Assembly (NCBI GenBank): GCA_002269645.1 | Contig: NIVC01000964.1 | Span: 1 to 24,323, forward strand | Direction: 5' to 3' | Origin: Macrostomum lignano | Taxonomy: Eukaryota | Length of the DNA stretch: 24,323 nucleotides | Part shown: piece by piece, positions 21,407 to 24,323 of the stretch | Layout of the letters: each line of letters begins with the position of its first letter | How positions within the stretch are numbered: position 1 is the first letter of the stretch | The notes under the pieces: generated by a model | What the model was told of the DNA's origin: nothing | Seen by the model: only the letters and a program-made list of their open reading frames with translations | Database searches by the model: none | Program-made: the position numbers and the translations under genes

Positions 21407-21800
21407 CAGTGTGCAAGATCACAGTGTGCAGGATCACAGTGTGCAGGATCACAGTGTGCAGGATCACAGTGTGCAGGATCACAGTTGTGCAGGATCACAG
21501 TGTGCAGGATCACAGTGTGCAGGATCACAGTGTGCAGGATCACAGTGTGCAGGATCACAGTGTGCAGGATCACAGTGTGCAGGATCACAGTGTGCAGGAT
21601 CACAGTGTGCAGGATCACAGTGTGCAGGATCACAGTGTGCAGGATCACAGTGTGCAGGGATCACAGTGTGCAGGATCACAGTGTGCAGGATCACAGTGCT
21701 GCAGGATCACAGTGTGCAGGATCACAGTGGCAGGACTCACAGTGTGCAGGATCACAGTGTGCAGGATCACAGTGTGCAGGATCACAGTGTGCAGGATCAC
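21407..21800. repeat. 15-bp minisatellite (GATCACAGTGTGCAG), ~26 copies, inside the gypsy protease region
   Basis: Read directly; a few +1/-1 variants shift the frame; translates as SVQDH/AGSQC/CRITV repeats. Confidence 0.97.
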
Positions 21801-23045
21801 TGCTCGTTAATCTCACGAAGGATCTGGAATGAGCTCGGAAGGCCCCCGCTGAAGTCGGCGAAGTCGCGCATGCTGGCGTATGACGGACACGTTATGAGAC
21901 AGATGGGCGTTCTGGAATGCCTGGTGGAGACCACTGGCAACATCGGCCGCTTCAAGGCGGCAGAGCTGCCCGTCATCGACTGCCAACAGGAGTTTGGGCT
22001 GCTCGGCCGGAATCTGCTGGTCCTCGCACCGGTGCACCATGCCAGTTCTGATGAGTCAGCCGCCAGCAACAGGTATGAGAGCTTGTTGTTGGGAATATCT
22101 GGTGCTACGGGAGAAATCCGTCTTTGTGCTGGAGCTAGGCCAATTTTCCAGGCAGCCAGAGAACTGCCCTTAGCGCTGAAGCACTTGGTTAAGAAGGAGC
22201 TGGACCTGATGGAAAGTGCTGGAATCGTTGAGAAGGTGATGTCGTCGGAATGGGGCAGTCCAATTGTGGTGACGGTGAAGTCAGATCGGGCATCCGTGAG
22301 AATTTGTGGAGATTATTCGGCTGTTAATCGGTTGGTTCAAGACCAGACCTTCCTCACTCCCTCGATTGAGACAGCCTTTTCGAAAATGGCCAACAAGAAG
22401 CTGTTCTGTCGGTTGGACCTATCGGATGCGTACTATCAGGTTCCCCTGGATGAGGAATCGAAAGCGGTGACCACCATAAACACTCCGTTTGGTTGCTACA
22501 GGTTTAACCGGTTGCCGTATGGCATTAAGGTGTCGCCATCTGTTTTTCAACGTGTGATGGAAAAGCTCCTGGGAGACCATCCATGTGTCATAGTATATCA
22601 GGACGATGTGCTGATCGGTGCTGCGAGCCGGGCAGAGTTGCAGAAAATTAGGGAGCAGGTGCTCAACAAGTTAAAGGCCGCAAATGTCAAGATCAACGAG
22701 GCGAAGTGCGTGATGGAAGCCAACAGCCTGAAGTTTCTTGGTCACATTATTGATGATGAAGGAATAAAACCCGATCCGGGCATGGTGAAACGTGTGATGG
22801 ATGTCGAGGTGCCGAAGACCAAGAAAGATTTGGAGAGATTTCTAGGACTGGCTCAATTTTATGGACGGCTGGTTCCAAACTTTTCTGAGAAATGTCGGCC
22901 TCTTCAGGAGCTTCGCCGCGGTGACCGGGTCTTTGAATGGAACGCGGTGGCTGAGGCGGCATTTTCGGAGGTCAAAAGGAGTCTGGCCTCAAACCCGTGC
23001 ATCAAGCCGTTTGATGTTTTCCGCGCCTGTCTGTCTTCGAGTTGA
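21801..23045 (+). pseudogene. gypsy pol: protease C-half plus reverse transcriptase (largest open segment)
   Basis: ORF 21342..23045 after the repeat; YQDD catalytic motif; frameshifts into RNase H near 23015. Confidence 0.9.
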
Positions 23046-24323
23046 TGCGAGCGAGAAATCCTTGGGCGCGGTGCTGGTCCAGTCTGGACATCCCGTCATG
23101 TTCATGTCCAGGGCGCTCACACAGGCAGAAACCAACTACTCAAACATCGAGAGAGAAGCGCTGGCTATTGTTTGGGCGGTTGAACGAGCTCGAAAAATGT
23201 TGCTAGGGAAGAAATTCATTCTGCAGACCGATCACGAGCCTTTGAAGTTTATTCTGAATCCTTGCAAGAATCTTCCAAAGACTGTTTCTGCCAGACTAAC
23301 CCGGTGGGCTCTGCGGCTATCGGCTTATGATTACGAGATTGAATATGTGCCGGAAAGAAGATGCAGGATGCTGACGCTCTATCAAGGCTGAGCTTTGAAA
23401 CCTCGATCCTGAGACGGAGTCTGTTCATCAGACTGAGTTGATCACTGACGGAGGCTTGGTTACCGTGGAGGAGCTGAGAGAAAGTACTTCCCGGTGTTCA
23501 CTGCTTCAAAGACTCCAGCAGAGAATCAGGACAGGCCGGTGGGGTCAGGTCTCTCAGCTGGAGCGGCCGTACAAAGCGTGTCGGGAAGCGTTGTCTGTGG
23601 AGAACGGGCTGGTCATCCACGGTACCAGGGTGGTGCCTCCGACCATTCTCCGGCGGCGCATTTTGGAGACCGCGCATGATGAGGTGCACCCGAGCGCGGA
23701 AAATACGAAGGCCCATGTGTCTAAGGAGTTCTGGTAACCTGGACTGAATCGCGATGTCCGTCAGTTTGTTGAGCGTGTCAGCTCAGCTGTGCGCTGAAAG
23801 ACGCCGGTGGTTCAGCGGAAAATTGACATCTGGCCATCCGAGAGCGAGCCGTGGTCCCGGGTCCACATGGACCACTGTGAGGTGCCAGGAGTGGGCTTGC
23901 TACTGTTGCTGTCTGATGCATACTCGGGTTGGCCAGAAGCTGTCCAGGTCCCAGACAGGTCTGCGGGCAGTGTGCTGAGAGTGCTGAGAGCGGTGTTCGC
24001 CAGAAATGGAGTGCCTCGGACGCTAGTGTCGGATAATGCGCCCGAGTTCAGGTCGGAAAGAGTCTCGCAGTGGCTGAACAGTGTCGGCTGCCAGGAGATG
24101 CACACCCCACCGTACCATCCGGCATCGAACGGGCAGGCTGAGCGGTTGGTGAGGAGTCTCAAAGGCGGGCTGAAGACGTGGACGAAAGTGGTCCCATTTG
24201 ACCAGTTCCTGCAGAAATTGCTCCTAACCATTCGCACCAGCAGGCCTAGCGGGAATCGTTCCAGCTCGCCGGACATTCTCATGTGGGGACGCCGGCTGCG
24301 CCATCCGCCTGACGATGACCGAG

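Larger units (their letters stand above)
20511..24323 (+). mobile_element. Decayed Ty3/gypsy LTR retrotransposon (gag-PR-RT-RH-IN), running off the window end
   Basis: Frameshifted gag at ~20546-21200 with a degenerate knuckle CQRCG...C.A..ATC...GK.GH. Protease C-half ISRRIWNELG..L..AYDG. RT LDLSDAYYQ..RLPYG..YQDD. RNase H VDASEKSLGAVL..YSNIEREAL..TDHEPL. Integrase HDEVHP zinc region and an open core HMD..SDN..NGQAER from ~23813 to the end. Frameshifts at ~23015, ~23355, ~23405 and ~23775; stop at 23735-23737. Possible LTR end and PBS: ACAACA 20511-20516 then TTCGCGACAGGAT. LTR not delimited. Confidence 0.95.

Noticed and set aside
9594-22056. CTGATGA/CTGACGA hammerhead-core-like words (e.g. 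~9597, 11257, 15630, 22047)
   Set aside because: I could not find matching stems with a GAAA partner; most lie in coding or splice-site context.
23732-23740. TGG-to-TAA change in the integrase W-W-P-G motif as APOBEC-like G-to-A editing
   Set aside because: A single site; no consensus is available to show a mutational bias.
20546-24323. Gypsy frameshifts as programmed frameshifting or sequencing error
   Set aside because: They are numerous, fall inside domains and come with a stop codon, while host exons in the window are intact. Ordinary decay is the simplest explanation.

Overview
Eukaryotic (invertebrate animal) genomic DNA, not prokaryotic. It has GT-AG introns, minisatellite-filled introns and decayed TEs. 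The style resembles a flatworm such as Macrostomum, but that is inference and unconfirmed. Most ORF-track entries are repeat or antisense artefacts. Manual splicing recovers: (1) a complete 5-exon, 178-aa myristoylated EF-hand protein of the NCS/calcineurin-B-like group (minus, 4132-6843); (2) a 2-exon class A peptide-type GPCR with a Q11 tract (plus, 9600-10937); (3) a 2-exon secreted fibrinogen-domain protein with a Cys-containing N-terminal module (minus, 11930-12941); (4) a tandem family of uncharacterised proteins with an H-x-G...LIEKG...Y-x-x-L-x-x-NC signature and a hydrophobic C-terminal segment, i.e. a candidate permuted papain-like (LRAT/PPPDE-type NlpC/P60) fold (plus, 13843-19125). 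One family member is a chimera built from duplicated exons and an in-frame fusion exon. TEs: a LINE 3' fragment, an RTE-like RT fragment, hAT-, Kolobok- and Harbinger-like MITEs, and a decayed Ty3/gypsy element whose protease active-site position is occupied by a 15-bp minisatellite. The tandem papain-like cluster is the best candidate for an undescribed system.
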